Shown: positions 25,225-36,648 of the stretch, in pieces
How the letters are laid out: every line of letters starts with the position of its first letter
Position numbering within the stretch: the first letter of the stretch is position 1
Made by a program: the position numbers and the translations under genes
From: Conidiobolus incongruus B7586
Taxonomy: Eukaryota
DNA length: 38,147 bases
Direction of reading: 5' to 3'
Assembly: GCA_000697335.1 (NCBI GenBank)
Contig: JNEM01006479.1
Coordinates: 1 to 38,147 of the forward strand
The notes under the pieces: generated by a model
Seen by the model: the letters and a program-made list of their open reading frames with translations, nothing else
Told to the model about the DNA's origin: nothing
Databases searched by the model: none

Positions 25225-26200
25225 TATGAGATAAAATCAAAACAAATGCAAAAACAGAAAAAAAATGGTTTGTAAATTTGTTGTGATTATCCAGTAATGA
25301 TGAATACTATCATTAGTATATAAATCCGATATATGTGTAGTTTAGAGGTAGATGCTAAATACCAATTTGATTCAATCTATAAAATTATTAAACATTATAA
25401 TGGAATATGATGAAAATTTATTTTCAATCAACCACTAATATTTCTAATTAATGTAACAATTATATAATTTTCAAAAAGACATATTAACCATTTTATATTT
25501 AATACAGTAAATTATTGGTTATTGAATATTATCAAAAAAATTGATAATGAATCATATTTCTTATATTTTTTAAAAAAATACAATATTATTAATTATAATT
25601 GTCTCAAGGATATTTATATTAATTATTATACTAATGTTGCTAATTGTCCTAATTTATGAAATTGTTATTACTCACAATAAAATATGATTTATATAGATAT
25701 ACCGTTAAATTTTCAATACCCATTTTATTAAAATTTATTTAAATTTATGTTCATAAATTATAAGCCAAATTACGCTATTACTTTTTGATAAATTTGAATC
25801 TATTTGGATTAATTTTAGACAAGCTATTATATTGTCTAATGACAACTTATAATAAATTAAAAGCTCTCATAATGAATATTAATGAATTCAATTAAATAAT
25901 ATTAAAACTAATATTAATATAGTACAGTTTTATGTTAGATATTATTATACGGTATTTTATAAACAAACAATATTCCAGATTATCTAATATTAATCTATAA
26001 TTTATCTTCGTTGATTTTCATAATTTATTAACGCCATACATTGATAACAAGCATGGTGCTTCTTTGGATTATATTTTCATCAAAATGTATATTTGGAAAT
26101 TTACTTATAGTTTTCAATATGGAAAATAATTAAAAATTTCAATCATAAAATTGAGATATTGATAATATATTGATAAACAATGAAATAATATCAAAATTTT
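25225..26200 (+). pseudogene. Possible decayed F-box/LRR-like gene
   Basis: A long, nearly open frame with few stops (..IRYMCSLEVDAKYQFDSIYKIIKHY..NCLKDIYINYYTNVANCPNL..). CPNL and L.DIYI resemble fungal LRR repeats. Boundaries are uncertain. Confidence 0.2.
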
Positions 26201-26759
26201 AATAATACAATACTCTGGACAATAAATAGTATATAATTATGACTAAAAAAACAAAATATTAATTGTATATATTTTTATCTCTTTTTATTTGTTTTTTTAA
26301 AAAAAAATTGGTTGTATGATACATTATTTAATTTATTTAAAACAACTATTTAATTATAATTCTCAAAAAATTCTCCTTGGCATTGTTACAATATTTATAC
26401 TTAATTAATTTTCAATATTATAAAAGAAATTTGTATTGAAACAATCTCAAAACAAAAGGTATGAATCATTTTTCATTTCCAGTATATTAGTAATTAACTC
26501 TGAAATAGTGATTAATGATACATGGCAACGTAAAATAGTCTGAATAATGTGATTACTGAGAACTTTAAGGGGTTATTTTACACATTTTTGAATTTCAGCA
26601 TTAGTCAATCTAAATACTCATAATTAAACATTTTGATTAAATGATTATCAAATAATAAAGTAATTATATATCCATTTATATTAATTTATAGATATGCAAT
26701 GTAAACTTCAACTTTGCCATATTCTCTAACTGACAAGAGTTTAAAATGAGTTCAATAAT

Positions 26760-27187
26760 TGTTACATGTCATTTGACCTATATTCATTTTCTGAAAATTC
26801 AGTCAACTAGATATTTACCGCTGGCATAATCTCACGAAGAGCTATGGCAGTCATTCTTCTAGCAATGTTAGCTGTCATTGATTGTAGAAACAAACTAACG
26901 AAGAGGGGGGCATATCTGACAAGTCCTCGCGCAATAACAGTAGTTACTGTTCAATCATAAGTTTAAGTAGGATATCGAATATGAAGATTCAAATGAAGTA
27001 GAAAGGGGAATATCTATTGATGTCAAATAATACGAGGTCTATTATAGGTAAAGGAAACCGGGAATATAGTAGGGATGAGAGGGAATTTTCTTAAGGTGAG
27101 TATTTATGGTACCGTGTTAATCATGATTTCTAGATAAGAGTATAATGTCGAGAGAATGGAAAAGTTGTATTGTTTCACTTCATTACA
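26760..27187 (-). mobile_element. Candidate solo LTR directly upstream of P450-1
   Basis: Termini TGTTA...TTACA, flanks ATAAT/ATATT (4 of 5 TSD match), GC-enriched, internal perfect hairpin AACAGTA-GT-TACTGTT. An alternative left end TGTAA lies at 26700. Confidence 0.45.
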
Positions 27188-27303
27188 ATATTTATGAATT
27201 TATATTAAATGAAATCATGTTCGTGATAATTATCTTTCATCTTTAACTATTAGATAAATACAATCCAAACAAAATTCAATCCATTATATTGTTTAAAACT
27301 TGA

Positions 27304-27311
27304 TATAAATA
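27304..27311 (+). promoter_or_regulatory. Candidate TATA box of P450-1
   Basis: TATAAATA starts 90 nt upstream of the ATG. The same motif precedes P450-2. Confidence 0.5.
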
Positions 27312-27393
27312 AAATCCCTAAAATTGTACCGATTTAAATTTAATATTTAAATGGAATCAAAAACCACAAATTATCATTCAAAATTTTCTTACT

Positions 27394-28878
27394 ATGAATA
27401 CTTTACAATTGATATTGAGTTCGATCTTAGTCATTGTGACTTTAGCACTCTTCCGAATATTCAAACGTCCTAAAAATTTCGGCGATTTGGGTCAATTATC
27501 TTTTATAGATACTATCAAAGGTATAGGAACCAAGCTACCTTATGACAAACAAATAGCCCAAAGGATGAAATATTATGAAAAGTATGGTACTTTTATTAGA
27601 TGGGGACCTATCAGATGGTCAGTATCTAGTAACGATATCAACTTTGCTAAATGAGTGCTACTAGATACGGATACCTTTCCGAAATTGAATTTTATGAAAT
27701 ATACTTCTAAATCACTGTTGGCTAAATTATTTGGATCAGGTCTCGTATTTGTGACTGGTAATGTTTGGAAGAGACAACGAAGAGTTATTAATCCCAGTTT
27801 TAAACAGGGATTTGACGAAGGAGTCATTCAAGAGTGTATGAATGAATTAACTCAACGTATTGATAAGGAAGTTGAGAAAGATATTTTGGTGTATAAATTA
27901 ATGCAGGACTTAACTATTGAAGCTCTTGGAAGAGTTATTATGAATATTCGGTTTGATACAATTTTAGCTCCTGAACGACACGAATTTATCCAGATCTATG
28001 ACAGATTAGCAAAAGCATCATTTTCACAATTATATTTACTTTTCAACTTTGTTGACCGTCCTTGGAATCCGTTCAGATCCCAGTTCCACAAGGACTTGGA
28101 ATATGTTAAGAAATATTTTGATAATTTATTAAATCAGAGAAGATTGGAAGTTGAGAATAATCCCAACAGCGACCAGTTTAAAGACATCTTATCTCTCCTG
28201 ATCAAAGCTAACAAAGAAAACAATGATGAAATGTCTAACACTGAACTAATGTCCAATGTAATGACATTTTTATTAGCTGGGCACGACACCACTGCTCTCA
28301 GCTTGTCAGCTTCACTCTTCCTATTGGCCAAGCATCCTAAAGCTCAGCAAGCCTTAAGGGATGAAATTAATGAAACTTTGAAACTCAACCCTGAATCAAT
28401 CAATGGTAAATCTGCAATTTCTCAAAAGATTTTAAACAATATGCCTTATTTGAATGCTGTTATTAACGAAAGTATGAGATTATACCCCGCAGCATCAGTT
28501 CTCGCTCCAAGGATTACCGAAACTGATGTTTACCACTACGATCAATGCATTCCCAAGGGCACTGTTGTTGAAATTAATGTCATGGCGATTCAGAGAAATC
28601 CCAAGTATTGGGAAAATCCTAATGACTTCGACCCCACCCGATTCCTCAACAATAGTATTAATACTAATAAGATAGACTCCCACTGGATCGCATTTGGAGG
28701 TGGTAGTAGGATGTGCATTGGAATGAATTTTTCCCTACTGGAACAGAGAATTGCCCTGGTGAAGTTAATATCTCAATATCAAGTTGAATTACCAGAGGGA
28801 GCTCCTTCTGAATTACCCTTAACTCCTAATTTTCTATTAGCTTGTCCCGATTTGAAATTGAAATTTAAAAAACTTTGA
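27394..28878 (+). pseudogene. Cytochrome P450 interrupted by one in-frame TGA (27652-27654); recent pseudogene, recoded gene or sequence error
   Basis: The two track ORFs abut in one frame, giving 1485 nt, the same as the paralogue. The N-terminal anchor, WxxxR, AGHDTT, ESMR, PTRF and heme motif FGGGSRMCIG are intact. The paralogue has CGT (Arg) at the stop position. Confidence 0.9.
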
Positions 28879-31294
28879 AATATATATTTTGAATTTATAA
28901 AGATTATTTTTATAGCTATTTCGTCATTATTTAACAAAAAACATAATATCAGTATATTAATGATTTTTTAAATTATTCATTATACATCTATCATGAAAAT
29001 TAAAGTTATTGAAATCTCCGTTTGTTAATGTATTGGCATTAAGTATAAAAAGTGCATCTGTAATTTAAAAATCATCAATTTGGTCATATTATTAATATAA
29101 TTTACTAATATCAAAATCTATTCTACATACCATCTATCTTTATTACTCATTAAAATTTTAATTTTATGATCGAAATCCATATTTATTACTTATAATTTAT
29201 ACTGATCGAGAAACTTGGTTTTTGTTTATTGATTTTAATTAGTTTTGATTCAAATATTTTAACTATCAGATATTCTAGATCTAATGATAAGCTATCCATT
29301 TTTATAGATCCAGAGGATTTATATATCTTTGATCTATCATTTAACAATTAAATAAAATTTCATAATTTGGATATTCTTTATGTATTAAACTAATCCTGTT
29401 AAAAAACTTTATTAAATCAATGGTAGGTATTTTTCTATTTATCTTTTGAGTCAATATAGTTATTATAATAGAGTCTTTCAAACTATTCATTTTATACATG
29501 ATTATTAATTTTATAATTGATACTCCTTTCAATAATTATATCTTATCTAAGCACATCAATGAATAAAATATATTGTTAATTGCATATTAAATCAATATAT
29601 TTTTCTTGTAATTTATTAAATTTTAAATTAATTCAACCTTGAAAAATCAAAGAATAAAAAACAATTATTTTAAAACTATATAATTATAGTAGATAGTTTG
29701 GTAAATATAGTGCGATATATATCCCCTTATGTTATAGCATTAAATATTTCATCCATTCAATTAGGTTGAAGATCCAAATTTTCAAATTTACAGGACTTAT
29801 ATCTAAAGGGTTGGAATTTGCAAAATATGAAATAATTTTAGATTGACACTTATAATATGGATATCAAGGAAACAATATAACAGCATTTAATCTGTTTGAG
29901 TGTAGGTAATTAACCGGAACTGGATTTAAAGTGAAAAGTTTATGAGCTTTCTTTCTATTTGGGATAAAAAATAAATGACCTCACTTGAGAAACTCTTTAA
30001 TTATAATCTTTAGAATTCAGTTTGAGGTTAAATATATGTACAGTTATACACTGTTATTAAGTGTTATATATAATTTCTAAATATTTGATCATATACTGAA
30101 CATTTTCAATCAGAATTATAAATCTCAGTAATATATATAACATAATGGATTAATTTGATTGTCAGAGCATTATATAAATATAGCATATGATGGATTCAAG
30201 CTTGTTTTTATGTGGTTCACAATTATTCACCCCAAAGCACTTAGATTCATTACAAAATTATTTTTAAATATTCTATACTGTTCAAAAGCCTACTAAACCA
30301 TATTTAATATCAAATTTTTGCTATTTCATACGTTAACAAGAAATATGAGCGAAAAGCATAAATATTTATAAATCAGTTTGATTAAAATATATAAATTAAT
30401 TATATATCATTAAAGAATCAAAGAGTTAAGGTAATAAATGAAGATGATCACTGTGACAAATGATCAACCACATTAAATTGACCTTGAATTTATTAGACCT
30501 ATCATGTAATGAATTATATTGCTGAATTCAAGTGACATTTTTAATAATTTCATTTAGATTATGCATTGAACTTGTCAATGTTGAAAATTAATTATTTCAA
30601 AATAAATTGAATTATAAGACCGAAAATATATGTATTCAGCAATAAGACAAGCTTAAATTCAGTCAATAAAATCATACAAAAAATCAATATCCATTAATTA
30701 TTTTTAAACAATCTCGTATATACTTACAATGTTGTCAAATAATATAATACTTAATCTAAATATATATTTATTATCCATGTGATGCTTTATTAAATTTCAA
30801 TACTTCAACACAAGCTAAACTGATATCAAAATTTTTTAGTCACCATGAAATTTCTGATGAAAACGTGATGATTTAATCTCCTAACTGACTTGATCTTAAA
30901 CTTGTGTAATTGTTTCAATCCTATCATTTAGGTCTTAGTATTTATTTTATTTTAAACTAATTAACTATTTAAACTTGGCTAGTTTTATAATAAATCTCAT
31001 GTGATTTATTCAAACTATTAGTTTATTTTTCAAGATTTATTTCATTCCCAACTTGGTTTAATATTAAATCAATATTGACCAAACCTATGTTTTATGAGAA
31101 TTAATGAGATTTGGCTAAGATTGATTGAAATACAAATCTTATACATCGAGATCGTTTACGATTTCAATAATTGTTTTCGATGAAACAATATGATTTGAAC
31201 AACACTAATTGAAATAAGTGAAATTAGATCAAGATCTTGGGCGAAATCATTTTTATTTTAGATAATAGAACGATATTTGGCAAACACCGTATTA

Positions 31295-31447
31295 AAAGTA
31301 GACTGCCGATTAGTGCCCTTATTTAAATTCAGAATAGTTGATTTTATTGGTCAACTTTAACTAAAAACAGTCAACTCTACTAAGTTTAGCCAATCAATTA
31401 ATTAATTTATTGATGAAATAAAAGGACACTAATTGGCAGTTTAATTT
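31295..31447. mobile_element. MITE-like element (~150 bp) with Tc1/pogo-style terminal inverted repeats
   Basis: ACTGCCGATTAGTGCCCTTATTT (31302-31324) is an imperfect inverse of AAATAAAAGGACACTAATTGGCAGT (31416-31440). TA dinucleotides flank both ends and the interior is non-coding. Confidence 0.6.
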
Positions 31448-31573
31448 AAATATATCAAAATACAGATGAAGTTTTGCTATAAGGATACAAATTTAATGGA
31501 CTAGATTGTAATTATAACAATAGAGTGCATTAAAGCATATATTCGAGTCCTTCATTCTGTTTCATAGAAATAA

Positions 31574-31581
31574 TATAAATA
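31574..31581 (+). promoter_or_regulatory. Candidate TATA box of P450-2
   Basis: TATAAATA starts 77 nt upstream of ATG 31651. Confidence 0.5.
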
Positions 31582-31650
31582 AATATCTCTATCAATTCTC
31601 CAGAAAGAAATTAAATCAAGATTCACTAAGGAAATTTTAATAACATAAGG

Positions 31651-33135
31651 ATGAATACATTAACATTAATATTGATTTTTATCTTAGTCATTGCGCCTTT
31701 ATCAATCTTTAGATTATATAAAAGAACCAAGCATTTCTGGAGTATTGGCCAAATGTCATTTATAGATAATTTGCATAGTATCTGCTCTATATTACCATTT
31801 GATAAACAAGTTGCCAGAAAAATGAAATACTATGAAAAATATGGCACTTTCTTTGTGTGGAATCCTTTGAGTTGGTTTATTACTACCAATGATATCAACT
31901 TTGCTAAACGTGTATTACTCGATATTGATACATTTCCTAAATTGGATTTTTTGAAATTTGCTCCAAATTCTCTGATGACTAAGTTTCTGGGACAGGGTAT
32001 CTCACTTGTGCCTGGTGACACTTGGATAAGACAGCGTAGAGTCATCAATCCTAGTTTCAAGCAAGGATTCGATGAACGAGCTATCGAAGGATGTGTGGAC
32101 GAGGTAATTGAGCGTCTTGACAAAGAAGCTGAAAAGGATGTATTTGTTTATAGCTTAATGCAGGATTTAACTATTGAAGCCCTTGGAAGGGTTATTATGA
32201 ATGTTCGATTCAACGCAATCTTGACTCCTGACGGTCATGAATTTATTAGAACTTATAATAGATTATCTAAGGCATCTTTTGATATGTTCTATTTAGTATT
32301 CAACTTTATTGATCGTCCATGGAATCCTGTTAGATCTTTATTTCATAAAGATTTAGAATATGTACAAAATTATTTTGATAACTTATTGCAACAGAGAAGA
32401 TTTGAAGTTGAAAATAGCTCAAAGAGTGAAGAAAGGAAAGACATATTATCGCTCCTGATCAAAGCTAATAATGAAAGCCGAGGTGAAATCTCGAACAGTG
32501 AACTATTCTGCAATGTTATGATATTTTTCGCTGCTGGTCACGAAACTACTGCGCTTAGCTTATCAGCCTCACTCTTCTTATTGGCCAAGCATCCAAAAGC
32601 TCAGCAAGCCTTAAGGGATGAAATTAATGAAACTTTAAAATCCAATTCTGAATCGATCAATGGTAAATCTTCAATTTCTCAGAGAACCTTGAGCAATATG
32701 GCATATTTAAATGCTGTGATCAAAGAAACTATGAGATTATATCCAGCAGCACCAGTTCTCGCACCCAGAGTCGCCAAAATCGATCTTTATCACAACGGTC
32801 AGCTCATTCCCAAAGGGACTCTAATTGATATCAATGTTATGGCCATACAAAGAGATCCCAAGTACTGGAAAAATCCTAATGATTTTGATCCAGCCAGATT
32901 CCTGAACAATAGCATTAATACCACCAAGATAGATTCTAACTGGCTTACATTTGGAGGTGGGAGCAGATTGTGTCTTGGAATGAATTTTGCTCAATTGGAA
33001 ATGAGAATTGCATTATTTAAATTAATATCTCAATATCAAATTGATTTACCAGAGGAAGTTAATGAGGAGTTACCATTAACCCCTAATGTTTTATTAGCAT
33101 GTCCTGATTTGAAGTTGAAGTTTATTAAATTATAG
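31651..33135 (+). CDS. Cytochrome P450 monooxygenase (ER-anchored), 494 aa
   Basis: Hydrophobic N-terminal anchor, WIRQRR, I-helix AAGHETT, K-helix ETMR, PARF and heme motif FGGGSRLCLG. Intronless. Confidence 0.97.
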   Translation: MNTLTLILIFILVIAPLSIFRLYKRTKHFWSIGQMSFIDNLHSICSILPFDKQVARKMKYYEKYGTFFVWNPLSWFITTNDINFAKRVLLDIDTFPKLDFLKFAPNSLMTKFLGQGISLVPGDTWIRQRRVINPSFKQGFDERAIEGCVDEVIERLDKEAEKDVFVYSLMQDLTIEALGRVIMNVRFNAILTPDGHEFIRTYNRLSKASFDMFYLVFNFIDRPWNPVRSLFHKDLEYVQNYFDNLLQQRRFEVENSSKSEERKDILSLLIKANNESRGEISNSELFCNVMIFFAAGHETTALSLSASLFLLAKHPKAQQALRDEINETLKSNSESINGKSSISQRTLSNMAYLNAVIKETMRLYPAAPVLAPRVAKIDLYHNGQLIPKGTLIDINVMAIQRDPKYWKNPNDFDPARFLNNSINTTKIDSNWLTFGGGSRLCLGMNFAQLEMRIALFKLISQYQIDLPEEVNEELPLTPNVLLACPDLKLKFIKL

Positions 33136-36100
33136 ATTTTTTCTTTATACTTTCCAATATACATATGTAGATATATCATCATTTTTTATACTTTGTGATT
33201 TATTTTACCAAATTTCTCATTGATTTTATCTCATTGTATAAATCATGACAAATTCAATTTATTTACATAGCATATTAGTAAAATATATTTTAAATGATCA
33301 GAGAACCTTTGATAAATTATAGCATTCAAACTACAGAATTAGAATGAGAGATTGAAACTTGTCTGTTTTTTGATAAGCAACGTGAATTTTCAAACTTGTA
33401 CACATTTTATAATGTTAATATGAAATAATCAACCAAATAAGTCTCAATTTATAAAGGATTGAAATGTAAGTTTTTAAAACTATTCGGCTTTTAAATGAAT
33501 TATTTATTTTTGGTATCCAATAACTTAATGATTTAAGATCATTTAAATTTATGATTAATACGAATATTTTTAACAAAGAATAACAATGGCATTAGTTGTA
33601 ATGATAGTGAATATATTAATATGATTAAATTGATATAATATAATTATATACTTTTTCATTAAGCTCATTAATATAAAATAGTAAATCTTTATCATAATTT
33701 GAGTTATATAATGACTAGTATTCTTAATTAAAAATTGATCAACCTAACTGAATATACAAATATATATACTAAATAATAATTTCAATTATTAAACAAAAAC
33801 TAACCTAAATTTTATTACAGAGTAATTTTATAATTATTGCTATGCTAATATCATCTTATTCAATATTAAGTACAGATTTGATGAAATATTATTAAATAAT
33901 AATTTAGGTTAATAAAATAAAATTTATATTAATAGATATTGTAGCTAAAATATATCCTTTCTATATCCTGTAATACCCTAGCATCAACCTTCCAAAATGA
34001 TATATAACATATTATTAGCATTTAATTGAAAACTGAATATAATATTAGCATTTTGATACATTTTGCATAATAAAAACCATGCCAAGTTTCCAAATATATA
34101 TTTCAACAAAAATAATATAGAGAAATTTATATAATCGATAAAATAATTATAATGAATATCCCCAAAATATTATATAATTTTGAAACTTATAATCAAAATA
34201 AATTTCCTTATTTTATATTTGATCCTAAATTTTCATTGAAATATTTTTGATAATTCATTATTAATTTTTCAAATTATGAATATTACATATAATATAATTA
34301 AGAATATTTTTTTATTAATCAAATAAATCAATAAAAATAATTATTATCAAATCCAAAATTATTAAAATAATTAGTATTAATAATTTAGGATTTCTACCTT
34401 TTAAACTATTTGAATCAATATTTTGATATTTTTTTTAAAATCTGTGCCCAGTAATTATTATTACTTGTCCCTATTTTCCTCCTTGGTCTTATTATTCATT
34501 TAATATGTGAACAATCATTTAAGCAAGTGGGAAGTTCAATTGTGTCAAATAAGTTATTAATGAAAATTCGATAAATAATTGATAAAATATACAGAAATAA
34601 TAACCAAAAAAATTTATTACCCAGTTTTCTTCTCCTAGCTCCTGTTCTTTGTTAACTGGTTGAATCTGTTCCTCCATCGGGTTCGTTGAGTTATATTTGT
34701 CCAAATTATATATTATATAGTAAATTAAATTAATGATAATAATAAAATAATGTATATGATAATACAATTAAGTATCAATATTCAAAATATTATTAAGGTA
34801 TCATTAAATATTAGTATTTTTTAATATCTATCAAAAAGAAATTACCATCAATTTATCTATTAATTCAATTTACATAATCCAATTATTTTACAATAAAAAA
34901 TATATCTGTTGAAATCATATTAAAACCATATATAGTGATTTTATCTCTTTGAATTATATTATATATCTAACATCTACAAGCATTGGATTTGAAATTTTTA
35001 TTAAATTTGAATTTAATATATCAACACTAAATAGTTTTTACTTTTTCAACTATATTAATAAATCAAATCTTAGAATTAAAAAATAATAATATTATTATTA
35101 TTAATTTGTATAATTGAATAATATCTTAACTATTAATTTACATAAATATATATTAATAGGAAATTTTTTTTACCACAATTTAATAATACCTATTCCACTT
35201 TTCGATTAATCTTAGACTAAATTCGTAACTTAGTTTTATGTTAATCAATCATAACTCCAAACAATTATAATTACATGGATTGAAATCAAGTAATTACAGC
35301 AAATAAGCTAAATTTAACCAATTTTAAATTACAACCATTTGCATGATAGTTATATGTAGCTTGTTTAATTCAAAAATAGTTATATTGAAATCTTTATGTA
35401 TTTTATAACAATAACTGTTTGTTATTTGCACATCAATTGATGAGTTATGATTGTTTTAATATAATAGACTATTCAAATCATTAATACCTTATTTTATGAA
35501 AATATATGACTTCACAAAATTTAGTAAGGTTGATTAAGGTTAAATCAAAATCATAGCCTATTTTATGGTTATGGCATATAAATATTGCTCCTAAATTTAT
35601 TTGATTTTATACCTTTTTGTATTTACATATGTTATTAATTATTTTCTAAAAATTTTTTATATTACCACTATTTTAAATTTTTCTATCTTTTGAAGTATAT
35701 ATTGTTTTAATTAATTTAACTCTAACTTTTAAGTATATTCAAATTTTATCAGTTGATTAAAATGAGAGAAAATAATAATATATGATAATATAATATTTTA
35801 TCTACTTTACAACTATTTTTTTGTATAGGATAATTGAGCCAACAAATTAATTAATATTTTAAACAAGTCAGCTTCCTTTTTAAAAAGACTGATTGAGCAT
35901 CTTAGTTAAAATAAAATCTTATCATTATAAACTTTGAATATGTATTAATGGATTTAATAGGCAATATGGTTAAAAAATAAGGGTATTTTTATTAAATACC
36001 TTTGATTAAGAATTCCAAGCATTTTGATACCTTGGTTTGGTTCAGTATTGATTTTTGAAAATCATATAATAAGGATTTTAATAAATTATATTTATTAATA

Positions 36101-36369
36101 TTTTAAGATATTTAAGTTTCAAAATTATATTATCTATTATATTATAATTATTAGTTTTCAAATATTAATAATATTATTGCAAATATTATATAATAGCAAA
36201 ATTTTAAAATTAAAACTAAATAAATAAATTAATAGATAATACACTAACCTTGTTAAGAGACTAGTTCTTTAAATTCTTATATACACTTTCATATAATCCA
36301 ATTAACTATAAATTATATGATTAATTTATACTTATATAGTTAAATTAATTGTATAAATAACATTGAATT

Positions 36370-36646
36370 ATCTAATAAACTAGGTTCCTCTTTTTTCCTC
36401 TCAATTCTTACTATTTTTTACTTTTACACTATTTCTAAGATTGAGACTATATTCTGTTGATATTGTAGGATATTGGCACTACCTAATATAAATCTTAATA
36501 TATCAGTGACTCATCCTAGTTTGAAGCTTAATTAAACTTTGTTTACACTTGCACACTACAGCCATGTTATATTACCATGTTCTGCACCACACTACTTTTA
36601 TATTAAGTCTTCCTCTGTACTATATTAGTTTAACTACCACTATGCT
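36370..36646 (-). mobile_element. Possible 3' end of a LINE ORF2 (C-terminal Cys-rich region)
   Basis: The minus frame reads A*W*LN*YSTEEDLI*K*CGAEHGNITWL*CASVNKV. Undoing transitions gives ARWRLNQ...CG...W.QC, like the RWRL plus zinc-knuckle tail of fungal LINE reverse transcriptases. Confidence 0.3.
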
Positions 36647-36648
36647 TA

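Noticed and set aside
27652..27654. Selenocysteine codon
   Set aside because: The homologous residue is Arg, not Cys, and I saw no SECIS-like hairpin in the AT-rich 3' flank.
27394..28878. Two separate genes, an intron removing the stop, or genome-wide UGA reassignment
   Set aside because: The halves align gaplessly to one paralogue of identical length, so there is no room for an intron. TGA is the true terminator at 19073, 23844 and 28878, and Trp uses TGG.
12859..32123. Short ORFs antisense to or overlapping the esterases and P450s
   Set aside because: They are expected by-products of GC-richer coding sequence and have no independent motifs.
33120..33135. Peroxisomal PTS1 at the P450 C-termini (-KKL, -IKL)
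   Set aside because: The first residue is non-canonical and both proteins have N-terminal ER anchors.
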